Positions 39,051 to 51,243 of a DNA stretch of 58,729 nucleotides are shown one piece after another; within the stretch, counting starts at the first letter, position 1, and every line of letters starts with the position of its first letter. The position numbers and the translations under genes are program-made. Below the pieces are notes generated by a model. The model was not told where the DNA came from. It was given only the letters and a program-made list of their open reading frames with translations, and did no database searches. The stretch is from an uncultured Bacteroides sp. (GTDB lineage: Bacteria > Bacteroidota > Bacteroidia > Bacteroidales > Muribaculaceae): the NCBI GenBank assembly GCA_964472555.1, contig CAYYQS010000001.1, forward strand, positions 1 through 58,729. The letters run 5' to 3'.

Positions 39051-39094
39051 CGGTAAATCGTATATGATTTTTAGAGTTTCGGTTTAAAGTTTCT

Positions 39095-39730
39095 TTACAC
39101 GAAAGAAACGAGGGTGTACACTACGGCAAACGAAAGCAGTGCTCCGGCAAAAACCTGTCCGAGTGTATGGCGGTTAAGGTACAGTCTCGACCATGCCATT
39201 AATCCTACAAGCAGAAATCCGGCACTTGCCCAGATGAGTGAGCCGGATTCGATGTAGCCGCTCTTGGCAAGCCAGAAAAGAACGGCGGCAAGGCCCCCGA
39301 CGCCTCCGGTATGGGCGCTGATCTTCCACCAGTAGGTAATAATCAGGGAAATTACAGAGACTATGGCTGCTCCGGCAAAAAACATCACCAGCCACATCGG
39401 TGCTTGCATATAGGCCACGAAAAGTGATGCTCCTATATAGCAGGCTATCGATATGCAGTACGGTATGGTACGTTGGCTCTTGTCGGAAATCGACGTATCA
39501 CTCACTTTTCCGGCCTTGATAAGCAGTGCTATAGCTGTGAAAGGAATAAGACAGGTGATTGAAAATACGCCTATAAGGGCCCATAATCTTACGCTGAGGG
39601 GTAGATAATGAAGCCGCGTGAGGAAAAGCGCTATAGCCATTCCATAGCTCGGAGCAAGCAAGGGCGAGAAGACATCGCTTATTACAGAAGCGAAAATACC
39701 TAATGGTGAACGTACTGTGTTATCTGTCAT
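39095..39730 (-). CDS. PAP2-like membrane protein
   Basis: Multiple TM segments; KISAH and SRLYLNRHT..QV. Confidence 0.8.
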   Translation of the reverse strand: MTDNTVRSPLGIFASVISDVFSPLLAPSYGMAIALFLTRLHYLPLSVRLWALIGVFSITCLIPFTAIALLIKAGKVSDTSISDKSQRTIPYCISIACYIGASLFVAYMQAPMWLVMFFAGAAIVSVISLIITYWWKISAHTGGVGGLAAVLFWLAKSGYIESGSLIWASAGFLLVGLMAWSRLYLNRHTLGQVFAGALLSFAVVYTLVSFV

Positions 39731-39735
39731 AATCT

Positions 39736-41205
39736 TTATAAGTCTTTACGGAGCCGAGCCACCGGAATACCGAGTCGCTCACGGTATTTGGCAATGGTTC
39801 GGCGTGCAATGTTCAGTCCTGCAGCCTCAAGTCTGTCTCCTAATTCGCGATCACTAAGAGGATTATGTTTGTCTTCTCCTTCTATTATCTGGCGGAGGGT
39901 ATGAAGAATCTTATGTGCCGAAACGTCTGAGGTAGAATCGGGCCGCTCATTAAAGAACAATTTAAGCGGAAAAATTCCGTAATTGGTGCTTATATATTTT
40001 CCTGCTGTCGCACGTGAGATAACAGATATGTCGAGTCCTGTCTGTTCTGCGACATCCCTTAGTACCATTGGTTTTATTTCCGACTCCTCTCCGCTTATAA
40101 AGAATGGTTTCTGAAGCCGTACAATGGCTTTTATAATGTCGATGATTGTCGTCGACCTCATCTTCAGAAGCTGAATGAAAGCCATGGCGTCATCATACCG
40201 CTTCCTCACAAAAGCAAATGCAGCATCTTGTCTTCTTTTGCCTTCAGCCGATTCTTTATCTTTTTGGAATTCCGGTAATTCGCTCACAAATGTGTGTTCA
40301 ATGGCAAGTTCCGGAATATTTCCGAGAAGATTCACGGTAAACCTCTGGGTCTCAGGATCATAGTCTACCGAAGCATCAGGGGTGATATGGCGCGCCCTGT
40401 CGGCACTTCCTCCGGCTTCAAGTCCGGAAGCCGGTTTGGGATTTAGAGTCTTGATTAAATCCAGCGCTTCTCCAAGTGTTTCTTTATCAGTATTCAATGC
40501 TGCCTGTAGTCGGTCGAAATGCCTGTGTGAGAAGAGTTCGAAATAGCGGTCAAGTATCTTCTCAGCGACTTCTTTATCCTTGCTTTCAGGCATCCGTCGT
40601 ATCTGCAGTAGTAGACAATCGCGCAGATCGGTAGCTCCAAGTCCTGGAGGGTCGAGGTGCCGTATGGCTTCAAAAAGTTCTGAGAGTCTTTGTGTTTCAG
40701 GCTCAAATCCCTCATTGATAGCGATATCATCGGCGATATCCGACAAAGGTCGTCTTAGATAACCGTTGGCATCAAGATTTCCTGCAAGGTGTCGCGCAAT
40801 CTTCTCGTCATTATCATTTAGAGAGTTTTCAGAGGCTAATCCTTGCATTACTATATCTATCAGCGAATGATGATCTTCCACTGCCAAGGTCCCAGCATCG
40901 GGAACATCTCCGGATCTATGATAGTATCGATGCTCCCGCAGAGAATCGGGCACTTCATCCGCGTCAGAGTAATCGGCAAGCTGAAGCTGCTCGGCGCTCT
41001 CACCGTACTGGCTCTCTGTGGATTGCTGTAGATGATTGTCGACAACCTCAAGCGCCGGGTTTTCATCTATCTCACGTCGTACTGTGTCTTCAAGCTCAGG
41101 CACGGACATCTCCAACATGCGCCCCAAAGCCACATTCTGAGGGTTGAGGCGCTGTTGCAATGTCTGCTTCTGCTGCAGTGCAAGTGTTTCGCGAGGCGAG
41201 GCCAA
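39736..41205 (-). CDS. rpoN: RNA polymerase sigma-54 factor
   Basis: Q/L-rich region I, DPPGLGA.DLRDCL, RpoN box ARRTIAKYRE. Confidence 0.95.
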   Translation of the reverse strand: MASPRETLALQQKQTLQQRLNPQNVALGRMLEMSVPELEDTVRREIDENPALEVVDNHLQQSTESQYGESAEQLQLADYSDADEVPDSLREHRYYHRSGDVPDAGTLAVEDHHSLIDIVMQGLASENSLNDNDEKIARHLAGNLDANGYLRRPLSDIADDIAINEGFEPETQRLSELFEAIRHLDPPGLGATDLRDCLLLQIRRMPESKDKEVAEKILDRYFELFSHRHFDRLQAALNTDKETLGEALDLIKTLNPKPASGLEAGGSADRARHITPDASVDYDPETQRFTVNLLGNIPELAIEHTFVSELPEFQKDKESAEGKRRQDAAFAFVRKRYDDAMAFIQLLKMRSTTIIDIIKAIVRLQKPFFISGEESEIKPMVLRDVAEQTGLDISVISRATAGKYISTNYGIFPLKLFFNERPDSTSDVSAHKILHTLRQIIEGEDKHNPLSDRELGDRLEAAGLNIARRTIAKYRERLGIPVARLRKDL

Positions 41206-41215
41206 TATAAGAATC

Positions 41216-42289
41216 TTAGAACTTACGTATACCCATTATATGACGCATCTCGGCGAGTGTCTTCGATGCACGCTCTCGAGCTTTTTCTGCTCCTTGCTTT
41301 ACTACCTTGGCAAGATATTCTTCGTCAGCTAAAATATCATTGACACGCTCCCGGATAGGTGTGGTAATGGCAAGAATATCCTCGGCAAGCTGCTTTTTGA
41401 GATCGCCGTAGCGGATTGAGCAGTCGGCATAAGCTTCGCGGAACGAAGTGACGATCTCGGGCTTCGAAGTAAGTTCGAGCAGTGTAAAGAGATTCGCGAT
41501 AGGTTCGCTCATCGGCGAATTCGGCGCCTGCGGACCTTCGTCTGTTACGGCTCTCATCACTTTCTTTCTGAGTACTTTCGGATCATCAATAAGGTAGATG
41601 CAGTTACCTTCGCTTTTGCCCATCTTGCCTGAACCGTCAAGACCGGGAACCTTTACGGGAGCTCCCCCGAAATCAAAGTCGGTGGGCTCGGGGAAGAGTT
41701 CTACTCCATAGAACGAATTGAAGCGGCGGGCAAAGCGGCGTGTGAGTTCGAGATGCTGCAGCTGATCCTTTCCTACAGGAACTTTGTTGGCTTTCTGGAT
41801 CAGGATATCCACAGCCATTAGGGTAGGATAGGTGAGCAGACCGGCGTTAACACGCTTGTTGGTCGACGCTCCTATTATTTCTTTCTCGAATGCCTCATCG
41901 GAATCCTCTGCTGGAGTAGAGATTCCGAGTGCTTTCCGGGCTTTGTCTTTGAAAGATGCCGTACGCATAAGTTCTCCTATGCCTACGTGCATGTTCAGAA
42001 GCAGGTACATCTCGGCAACTTCCGGCACATCGCTCTGCACGAAGATTGTGGATTTCTCTGGATCAAGACCGGCTGCGAGATATTCCGCGAGTATGCTCTT
42101 CACATTGGCGTGAAGCTGATTCGGGTCGGGATTGGTGGTCAGCGCATGCAGGTCGGCAATGAAGAAGTTGCAGTCATAGTCGTCCTGCACGGCAACGAAC
42201 TTCCGTAGCGCTCCGAAGTAATTGCCCAGGTGAAGATTGCCGGTAGCGCGTATTCCGCTAAGTACGATTTCTTTATCGGGTGTCGACAT
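41216..42289 (-). CDS. trpS: Tryptophanyl-tRNA synthetase
   Basis: HLGN (HIGH), VPVGKDQ, KMGKS; TAATTTTG promoter box at 42312-42319 (minus strand). Confidence 0.96.
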   Translation of the reverse strand: MSTPDKEIVLSGIRATGNLHLGNYFGALRKFVAVQDDYDCNFFIADLHALTTNPDPNQLHANVKSILAEYLAAGLDPEKSTIFVQSDVPEVAEMYLLLNMHVGIGELMRTASFKDKARKALGISTPAEDSDEAFEKEIIGASTNKRVNAGLLTYPTLMAVDILIQKANKVPVGKDQLQHLELTRRFARRFNSFYGVELFPEPTDFDFGGAPVKVPGLDGSGKMGKSEGNCIYLIDDPKVLRKKVMRAVTDEGPQAPNSPMSEPIANLFTLLELTSKPEIVTSFREAYADCSIRYGDLKKQLAEDILAITTPIRERVNDILADEEYLAKVVKQGAEKARERASKTLAEMRHIMGIRKF

Positions 42290-42330
42290 ATTATTCAGTT
42301 TTATATTTTTGCAAAATTACAAAAAATACC

Positions 42331-44914
<2,584 letters not shown>

Positions 44915-44918
<4 letters not shown>

Positions 44919-45250
44919 CGTTTCGCCGGATCGTGGATTACGTCGAGTGCCGACTCAAAGAGGGCGGCGGAGCTGCCGAAGTTTTTACCGAGTTCGGCGT
45001 ACAGTTTAGGCTGTGTCTTCTCCCTGAATTCTTTGAATGTTTCCTCTGAAGGTACTCTCATTTGAAGGGCGAAGGTTCTTGTTTCGGCTCCTGTAAGGGC
45101 GTTAGGCTCCCCGGATCCTCTCATCTCGGTAAGAAGCGGAGCATAAAGTCCGGCTTTCTCGGCTTCCGGTATATATGTATCGCGGAGGAAGTCTATAAAA
45201 GAGTTTGCGCAAGGCTTGTCTACGCAATATGTTGTATTGAAAAGTATCAT
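44915..45250 (-). CDS. DUF4286-like protein
   Basis: MILFNTTY N-terminus; position upstream of ruvC as in Bacteroidales (recall). Confidence 0.75.
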
Positions 45251-46005
45251 TTCTGTGCTCTCTGTCTTTTTCTCCAGCGTGCGAAAAATCCTATATGACG
45301 CCGGAGGGTTGGTAGTAATCCGTAATAATACGACATTATTTTAAATCTCTCTTTAAGGGAGGCTTTGTGGTGTCGGGTGGTCATACCTTCGCTTAAGTAA
45401 TCGATCAGTACTGTATCTACAAGTCCGACATTCTTCCGCGAATGTTGCAGGCACCGTATACACCACTCATAGTCTGCCGAATAGTGGTATTTTAGATTGT
45501 AAAAGCCGACGATCCGCTTAAGCACCACGAATGCCTGGTGGCACACTACCATGCCGTCGGCAAACGATTCCAATGTAAGTTCTGCGGGAGCGGTAAGGTG
45601 ACGAGGTCCTATCCTTTTGCCGTTCTCGTCAACAATGTCTGTCTGCCCATAGACAATCCCTGGCTTATCCGCTTTTCTTATGGCCTCGGCTATAATTGCT
45701 AATGTATCTGGCGAATGAAATCTGTCTCCGGCGTTGAGGAAGATTAAGTAGCTGCCTTTCGACATACTGATTCCTTTATTCATGGCGTCGTAGATGCCCC
45801 GGTCGGGTTCGGATAGTATCCTCCTGCGGTCGTTAGGCACACTCTCGGCCACAGCCTGGGTGCCGTCTGTCGAAGCTCCGTCTATTATTAGGTGCTCGTA
45901 GTCGGTATACGTCTGTTCGTCCACGCTGTCAAGTGTCGGTGTCAGAGTGGAGGCGGCGTTGTAGCAGACTGTGATTATTGAAAAAAGAGGCATCTTGTCA
46001 TCCAT
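45247..46005 (-). CDS. Glycosyltransferase family 2
   Basis: SIITVCYN, IDGASTDGT, DRGIYDAMNKG, FLNAGD, ADYEW. Confidence 0.92.
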   Translation of the reverse strand: MDDKMPLFSIITVCYNAASTLTPTLDSVDEQTYTDYEHLIIDGASTDGTQAVAESVPNDRRRILSEPDRGIYDAMNKGISMSKGSYLIFLNAGDRFHSPDTLAIIAEAIRKADKPGIVYGQTDIVDENGKRIGPRHLTAPAELTLESFADGMVVCHQAFVVLKRIVGFYNLKYHYSADYEWCIRCLQHSRKNVGLVDTVLIDYLSEGMTTRHHKASLKERFKIMSYYYGLLPTLRRHIGFFARWRKRQRAQK

Positions 46006-49000
46006 TGTGGCAATCTTTTATGAGGTCCTCGATCTTACTTTGCAGTCCCATGGATCCTTCTTTCACTCTCAGTGTTACGCCGAACCGTTTGGAAGGTAGC
46101 TTTTCGGCAAGTGAGTCGGCAAACTTTTCTATCGCTGAAGAATCTGCGATTTCATACGCAACTGTATGATGTATAGGAGCTTCATGGAGTCGACGTGGAG
46201 TGCTGTTAAGGTGCCCGGATTCAATTGTCTGAACTCGGTTGGCTCGTTTCCAGAGTGTTCCGCCACTGTCGGCAGCCACACACACCAGCGCATCATCTTT
46301 CCCTGCTATCGCGGCGAACATCAGGGGATATTCGCTATTGATTTCCATTTCTGTATTCTCTCCCTTAGTGTAGATCTCCTGGAGATTTATCTTCAGGCAA
46401 CGCTCATTGTCAAACCCGAGCACAAGGTAAGCATCAGCGAGTTCGTGAGGTATTACGAGTGCCAGACGGCAATCTTCTCCCGGCTCTTTATAGAGGTCGA
46501 CGGTCGAGAATATCAGTTTGTTATCTTCCAGAAAATATAGGTAGCCGTATGGATCTGCAAATCCTACTTCATAGCTGTGGCATACGTTCGGCCTCCAGCG
46601 CGAGGTAGAGAGGCTATCTTTGATATTCTCTGCTAATTCTCCCACCGCAAAGTCAGCTTTTGTATCGGTCGGTATCTCTGCCTGTCGCACGTTGCTGCTG
46701 ATAGGTTCCTTAAGCGTTTCTTCCGGTGTTTCCGCTTCAGATGTCGTATCTTGGTTTTCGAGTGCAAGAAGATGAGCCCGCTCTGCTTTGAGGGCGTTGC
46801 GCTCACGCACGAACTCATCTACGTCGGTGCCATGATATTCGCGGGTCGACTGCCCGCTCTGCCGAACAAAGAGGCGATCATTTATGAATACCGGATCAAG
46901 AGATTCCGCGACTGATATAAGTACCACTCCTTTCTCTGCCTCATCGTCAACCGATACTTCTATCTTACGGGCAATACTTGCTCCAAAGGTCTGGTCTACA
47001 AGGTTCTCGATAAAGACGCACAGGTTATCAATATTGCGGATTTTGGTAAGGTATTTACCGACTTTCACGGGCTTCCGCTCGAAGTATTTGAAGTCGTCAT
47101 GCATTCCCACTTCATAGCCGTCGTTGTTCACGCCTAAGTAGAGTCGTCCGCCGTTTGCGTTCAATAGTCCTGCTATGCGGCTCATGATGTGGAACTGCTG
47201 CTCTTCGGGTGCTTCGCGCATTTCTTCTCCGGGAGCAACGGCAGGATATATTATCGAGGTCTTGAACTCGAGATACTTCGATTCCGATCCGTAGTATTTT
47301 CCTCTCCTTGTTTCGTTGTTTACATTCAGCTTGTGCATTATCTGCTGTTTGATTTCGCTGATGTAGTCGTTATTCCCGTTTTCAGCGGTATGGAGCATAT
47401 TATAGCTGAGCACGAGCCGTGCAATACTGCCTTCAAGTTCGTTGGCCGGATCGTTTACGGTCCGGTAGAGGTCTTCCATTCGCTCGGGACGGTCGAGCCA
47501 CGACACCATTTCGAGTCGGTGATAGATCAGTCGTAGAAGAGGGTCGGGGAGTGCCGACGGCTGAAGGGCTTCGAGTTTCTCGGCCTCGATCCGCGAATTG
47601 GTGGCGTAATACTGGTGTAGCGAGAGCAGGGCGGCATGTGTGCCGAGCTGTTCGGCAAGTGCCTTGTCGCCGAGAACCCGGGCAAGAAGGCGCGCGAACC
47701 GCAGATAATCATAGGCTTTGATAAGGTCGGTCTCGGCTATTGCCTTGAACCTGATGATGCCGATAATCTCACGCATATCTCCGGGGCTCAGGATTTCATC
47801 GATATCACGCATAACATCTTCTTCTTCCGCGGGAGCGTCATCGTCTGCGTCCGATACTCCTTCACCGATGCCCCGCATCAGGTTGACGAAAGCTTCGTTC
47901 TTCTCGATTCGGGCGCGTGGATCTTCATTGACACTCATTGCAAACGCCCTCACCTGTCCCTGCTTGCCGGTCTGTTGCAGGTTACAGTTCACCACGTCGC
48001 CGATATGCAGGTCAGAACCTACTTCTTCGTCGCGGATCACGAACAGGCCTACTCCGTCACTGCTGATAGCACTATAGTCACGTTCGTTGACACCGGCTAT
48101 TAAGGCTGTAAATTTATGGTCGTAGGTCATCGTTTCTTCGATGTATTCGTCCACTCGTTCACGCAGTGAGAAGATATACGAACCGTCATCTCTCACATCG
48201 AGCACTCTGGCAAGGAATCCGAGCTGGGTGCCGTCGGCATTTTTGTAAGCGCGCTCACTCGGAAGTTTTAGGTTATATCCTACTATCTGGTCGCGCTTCA
48301 AGATTCCCCGGCCTTCTTCAAAATCGTTATCCTCTATATGGCAGTTGAAAGTAGGATTGTTATTGTAGATGTCATCTACACTGTCGATTACTATGTAGAC
48401 TTCATCGTTCTTGTACGCCTTCCTGACAGGAAAATGAGTCTCGGATTCTGCCGCCTGAACTGGTGTCACGCTGTCGAACAGGTTCGTTTCTATGTTATGC
48501 CACCATTGGTTATGCTCTGAAATCTTGTTGAGTTTACTTCCGCTGAGTTTGGGTATCCCGTTGAGGAATATTCGGGGAGAGAGCCATGGCATCAGTCCCT
48601 CAGGGATCACTTGCTCGGTTATCTCACGTTGTTTTGAATGCGACAGACGTATGCCTTCCGATGATATTATCACGTCCACATCATTACCCGTAAACCTGTG
48701 AGTGGAGTCGATGCGGGTCATTATATCCCCGGTGGGCATCACTGTAGCCTGTGTCATCATCATCATCGGCTCTTTAAGCTGATCATAACTGAGCTTCGAT
48801 GAAACGTCGGCGCCAAGCAGGGAGAGGAATGACTTTGTAAGAAGTGCCTCTGTATTCAGTGGCCGGAGTATGGATATATATTTGTAGAAAAGTGATTCGC
48901 TTCGGTTGATCACGGCAAGACCTTCATCCTTGCTGTCAGCAAGAATGAGCCGTAATGCGATAGCGGTGATTATTGCCTCGAGTTTCGACTTCTGATCGCG

Positions 49001-50131
49001 GCTTTCTGCCACGGGAAGGGCCTCGATCTCGTCTCTGGCCTGCCGTACATATATCTCGAACTGCTCAACAAAGGCACTCCTGAATGGCTCGCGTCGCCAG
49101 TTCTCGAGATCACGCCCGAAAATGCTCTCAAAGATTCGGCTGAGGTAGTTGCCGACTGTCTCGGGGTAGAGGCGGAAGATAATCATCAGCACGGCGAACT
49201 GCTCGGCAGGATGATAGAGATATCCCGACTTCTGAAGTTTATCAAGCAGACCTTCCACAAAGGTGTGCTGTCTGTGGTGTGTTATGAGCTCGAGTGTCTG
49301 CCGGTATGGCTCTACGCTCTCTACCATTTCGGTCAGCTGCTGACGCAGAGCTCGCCTGTTCTCGTTAGGAACGGAGTTGAGAAAACCTGAGCCTTCGAGC
49401 AGGAAGAGCAATCCGTTGCGCAGCGCATCCAGTAATCGGCGTAGGGCGCGGCGGTTACGGACTATCCTGGCTTTCGAAAGCCACTCGGGTAGCATCCGCA
49501 TCACGGTCCGGTGAAAGGTCATGGGCCATAGCGGATTCTTGATTTCGAGATCGGCTCTGACGGCGCTCATTTCGGGCCATTTGTCTATCATGTCGCTCAC
49601 AAGTATCCGTGCATTTCCCGTGAGTCCAATGGCGTCAAAGATTGTCGTGGGTGAGTAATACGGAATTTTGGATCCCTCATTCACACGCTTAAGGTGAAAG
49701 AAGCGTGGTGTCATTCGGGTAAACTTACATCTTATCTTCTGCCCTTTGGAAAGTATTACTTCGGGTTCTACAAGACGAAAAAAGATTCCGTGAGGATCGC
49801 GTACCATATAGGGATCTTCTGCGGGTTTATCCGGTACGCTTATCACTTCACATTCAAATGTTTCACCTTTTTCAAATGTGCGGGCATACAGATCGTTCAC
49901 GTAGGGGGCGATCATGTGTGCGAGCACTGGCTTACCAAAATCATCAAAATTTTTCACTCTGCACCTGAGCGTTGGCGGCAGTATATATTTTTCTCTTTTC
50001 TGAAAAGGTAATTTTGGCAATTCAACAAAATCGACTCCCTCAGGTGTGCTGATCTGGAGCTTGAAATTCTCACCCTGAGCGGAGTCAGGGTGTACTGGAA
50101 AGTCGTAACTTTCATCAATAATGTATTCCAT
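45998..50131 (-). CDS. Large multidomain protein: S1/OB-like domains + Schlafen/AlbA_2 domain + C-terminal domain
   Basis: AlbA_2 core ESKYLEFK..IAGLLNANGGRLYLGVNNDG..LFVRQSGQSTR; S1-like segments such as FLARVLDVRDDGSYIFSLRE and LHIGDVVNC. Confidence 0.8.
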   Translation of the reverse strand: MEYIIDESYDFPVHPDSAQGENFKLQISTPEGVDFVELPKLPFQKREKYILPPTLRCRVKNFDDFGKPVLAHMIAPYVNDLYARTFEKGETFECEVISVPDKPAEDPYMVRDPHGIFFRLVEPEVILSKGQKIRCKFTRMTPRFFHLKRVNEGSKIPYYSPTTIFDAIGLTGNARILVSDMIDKWPEMSAVRADLEIKNPLWPMTFHRTVMRMLPEWLSKARIVRNRRALRRLLDALRNGLLFLLEGSGFLNSVPNENRRALRQQLTEMVESVEPYRQTLELITHHRQHTFVEGLLDKLQKSGYLYHPAEQFAVLMIIFRLYPETVGNYLSRIFESIFGRDLENWRREPFRSAFVEQFEIYVRQARDEIEALPVAESRDQKSKLEAIITAIALRLILADSKDEGLAVINRSESLFYKYISILRPLNTEALLTKSFLSLLGADVSSKLSYDQLKEPMMMMTQATVMPTGDIMTRIDSTHRFTGNDVDVIISSEGIRLSHSKQREITEQVIPEGLMPWLSPRIFLNGIPKLSGSKLNKISEHNQWWHNIETNLFDSVTPVQAAESETHFPVRKAYKNDEVYIVIDSVDDIYNNNPTFNCHIEDNDFEEGRGILKRDQIVGYNLKLPSERAYKNADGTQLGFLARVLDVRDDGSYIFSLRERVDEYIEETMTYDHKFTALIAGVNERDYSAISSDGVGLFVIRDEEVGSDLHIGDVVNCNLQQTGKQGQVRAFAMSVNEDPRARIEKNEAFVNLMRGIGEGVSDADDDAPAEEEDVMRDIDEILSPGDMREIIGIIRFKAIAETDLIKAYDYLRFARLLARVLGDKALAEQLGTHAALLSLHQYYATNSRIEAEKLEALQPSALPDPLLRLIYHRLEMVSWLDRPERMEDLYRTVNDPANELEGSIARLVLSYNMLHTAENGNNDYISEIKQQIMHKLNVNNETRRGKYYGSESKYLEFKTSIIYPAVAPGEEMREAPEEQQFHIMSRIAGLLNANGGRLYLGVNNDGYEVGMHDDFKYFERKPVKVGKYLTKIRNIDNLCVFIENLVDQTFGASIARKIEVSVDDEAEKGVVLISVAESLDPVFINDRLFVRQSGQSTREYHGTDVDEFVRERNALKAERAHLLALENQDTTSEAETPEETLKEPISSNVRQAEIPTDTKADFAVGELAENIKDSLSTSRWRPNVCHSYEVGFADPYGYLYFLEDNKLIFSTVDLYKEPGEDCRLALVIPHELADAYLVLGFDNERCLKINLQEIYTKGENTEMEINSEYPLMFAAIAGKDDALVCVAADSGGTLWKRANRVQTIESGHLNSTPRRLHEAPIHHTVAYEIADSSAIEKFADSLAEKLPSKRFGVTLRVKEGSMGLQSKIEDLIKDCHNG

Positions 50132-50166
50132 TTGTAAGGTTTTAATATTTAGTAAAATAAGTGTTC

Positions 50167-51243
50167 TTATCTAAGCTTGGCTCCACGGGAGTATTCTTCA
50201 AGTGAGAGTCCGAACTGCTCGTCGCTGATCTCCCGCACAGCCTCAAGATCTATATACCGCTGGCCACTTCCGCGTTGGATAGGAAATACGAGTTTCATTC
50301 TTTCTAAGGCTTCTATCGAGAGCTGACTGTGAGCGTAATCGTCAGCAATAGGGAGTGCTTCTTCGGGTATATCGTCGAGGGTAACTGCTACTACATGGCT
50401 GCAGGGAGGGTAAGCGATATTAGCCCACATGATCATGGCGGAAGGATCTTCTCCGGCTTTAATTCCTTCTATAGCAATTGAGGCTGTAGAGGAATGGCGC
50501 GGAATAAAATCCTGATCTACCGCCCACTTCTCGCTGCTTTGTGCGGCATCGAAGCCGGTAAGAGAATTATAGAATGTTCTGCTCAGTGTCTCTGTAAGAG
50601 ACGCAGGTGTAATGCTGCCGGTCTCTATCTGATGTTTGAGCAGATGTTCTACATTGTCATGCCTTATATAGCCCATTCCTTCGTCAGGTGTGCCTCCGTA
50701 AGCATAATTGGAGCGGATAAGCACTCCATTGGGTGAATCGTTGAGATCGTATCGCTCGAAGGTATAGTCATCAGTCTCAAAGTAGGCTCCGTTTCCGGCG
50801 GCATCCATGACTCCGAAATTGGTCTGTACACCTAAGGGTTTGGGCAAGCGTTCGAGCAAGGCTTCGAAATCATCCACTGTGCGGCATTCTTCAAGCGCCA
50901 TGGCCATTATATATCCCTCGCGGTCGATCCATTCCGGTGAATTCTCGGGAAGGTTGTATGCCACGGTATTCATTATCGCAAAACCTTCATCGTTCATTCC
51001 CATCCACGCTTCTTCGGTCCGCAGGGTGTCGCCTCCATTGAAGAGTCCGACATAACCTATCTTGCCGGGTCTTTCCACTCTATAGAGAAAATTATCTGCA
51101 GCGGAGGTATCGCGGTGCTTCCACAATATCGGACGTCCGTCGGCCGAAGCCTTGGCGGAAACTATCATTGATGTGCATGCGTCGGCCGAAGATATTGAGG
51201 CGGCAGCAATAATTGCGGCAAGTAGAATGTGTCGTGTTTTCAT
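50167..51243 (-). CDS. Secreted Ntn-hydrolase (peptidase C45/C59-like)
   Basis: Signal peptide ending ADA exposes the nucleophile Cys (CTSMIV); KHRD, WMGMNDEGFAIMN, RSN. Confidence 0.8.
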   Translation of the reverse strand: MKTRHILLAAIIAAASISSADACTSMIVSAKASADGRPILWKHRDTSAADNFLYRVERPGKIGYVGLFNGGDTLRTEEAWMGMNDEGFAIMNTVAYNLPENSPEWIDREGYIMAMALEECRTVDDFEALLERLPKPLGVQTNFGVMDAAGNGAYFETDDYTFERYDLNDSPNGVLIRSNYAYGGTPDEGMGYIRHDNVEHLLKHQIETGSITPASLTETLSRTFYNSLTGFDAAQSSEKWAVDQDFIPRHSSTASIAIEGIKAGEDPSAMIMWANIAYPPCSHVVAVTLDDIPEEALPIADDYAHSQLSIEALERMKLVFPIQRGSGQRYIDLEAVREISDEQFGLSLEEYSRGAKLR

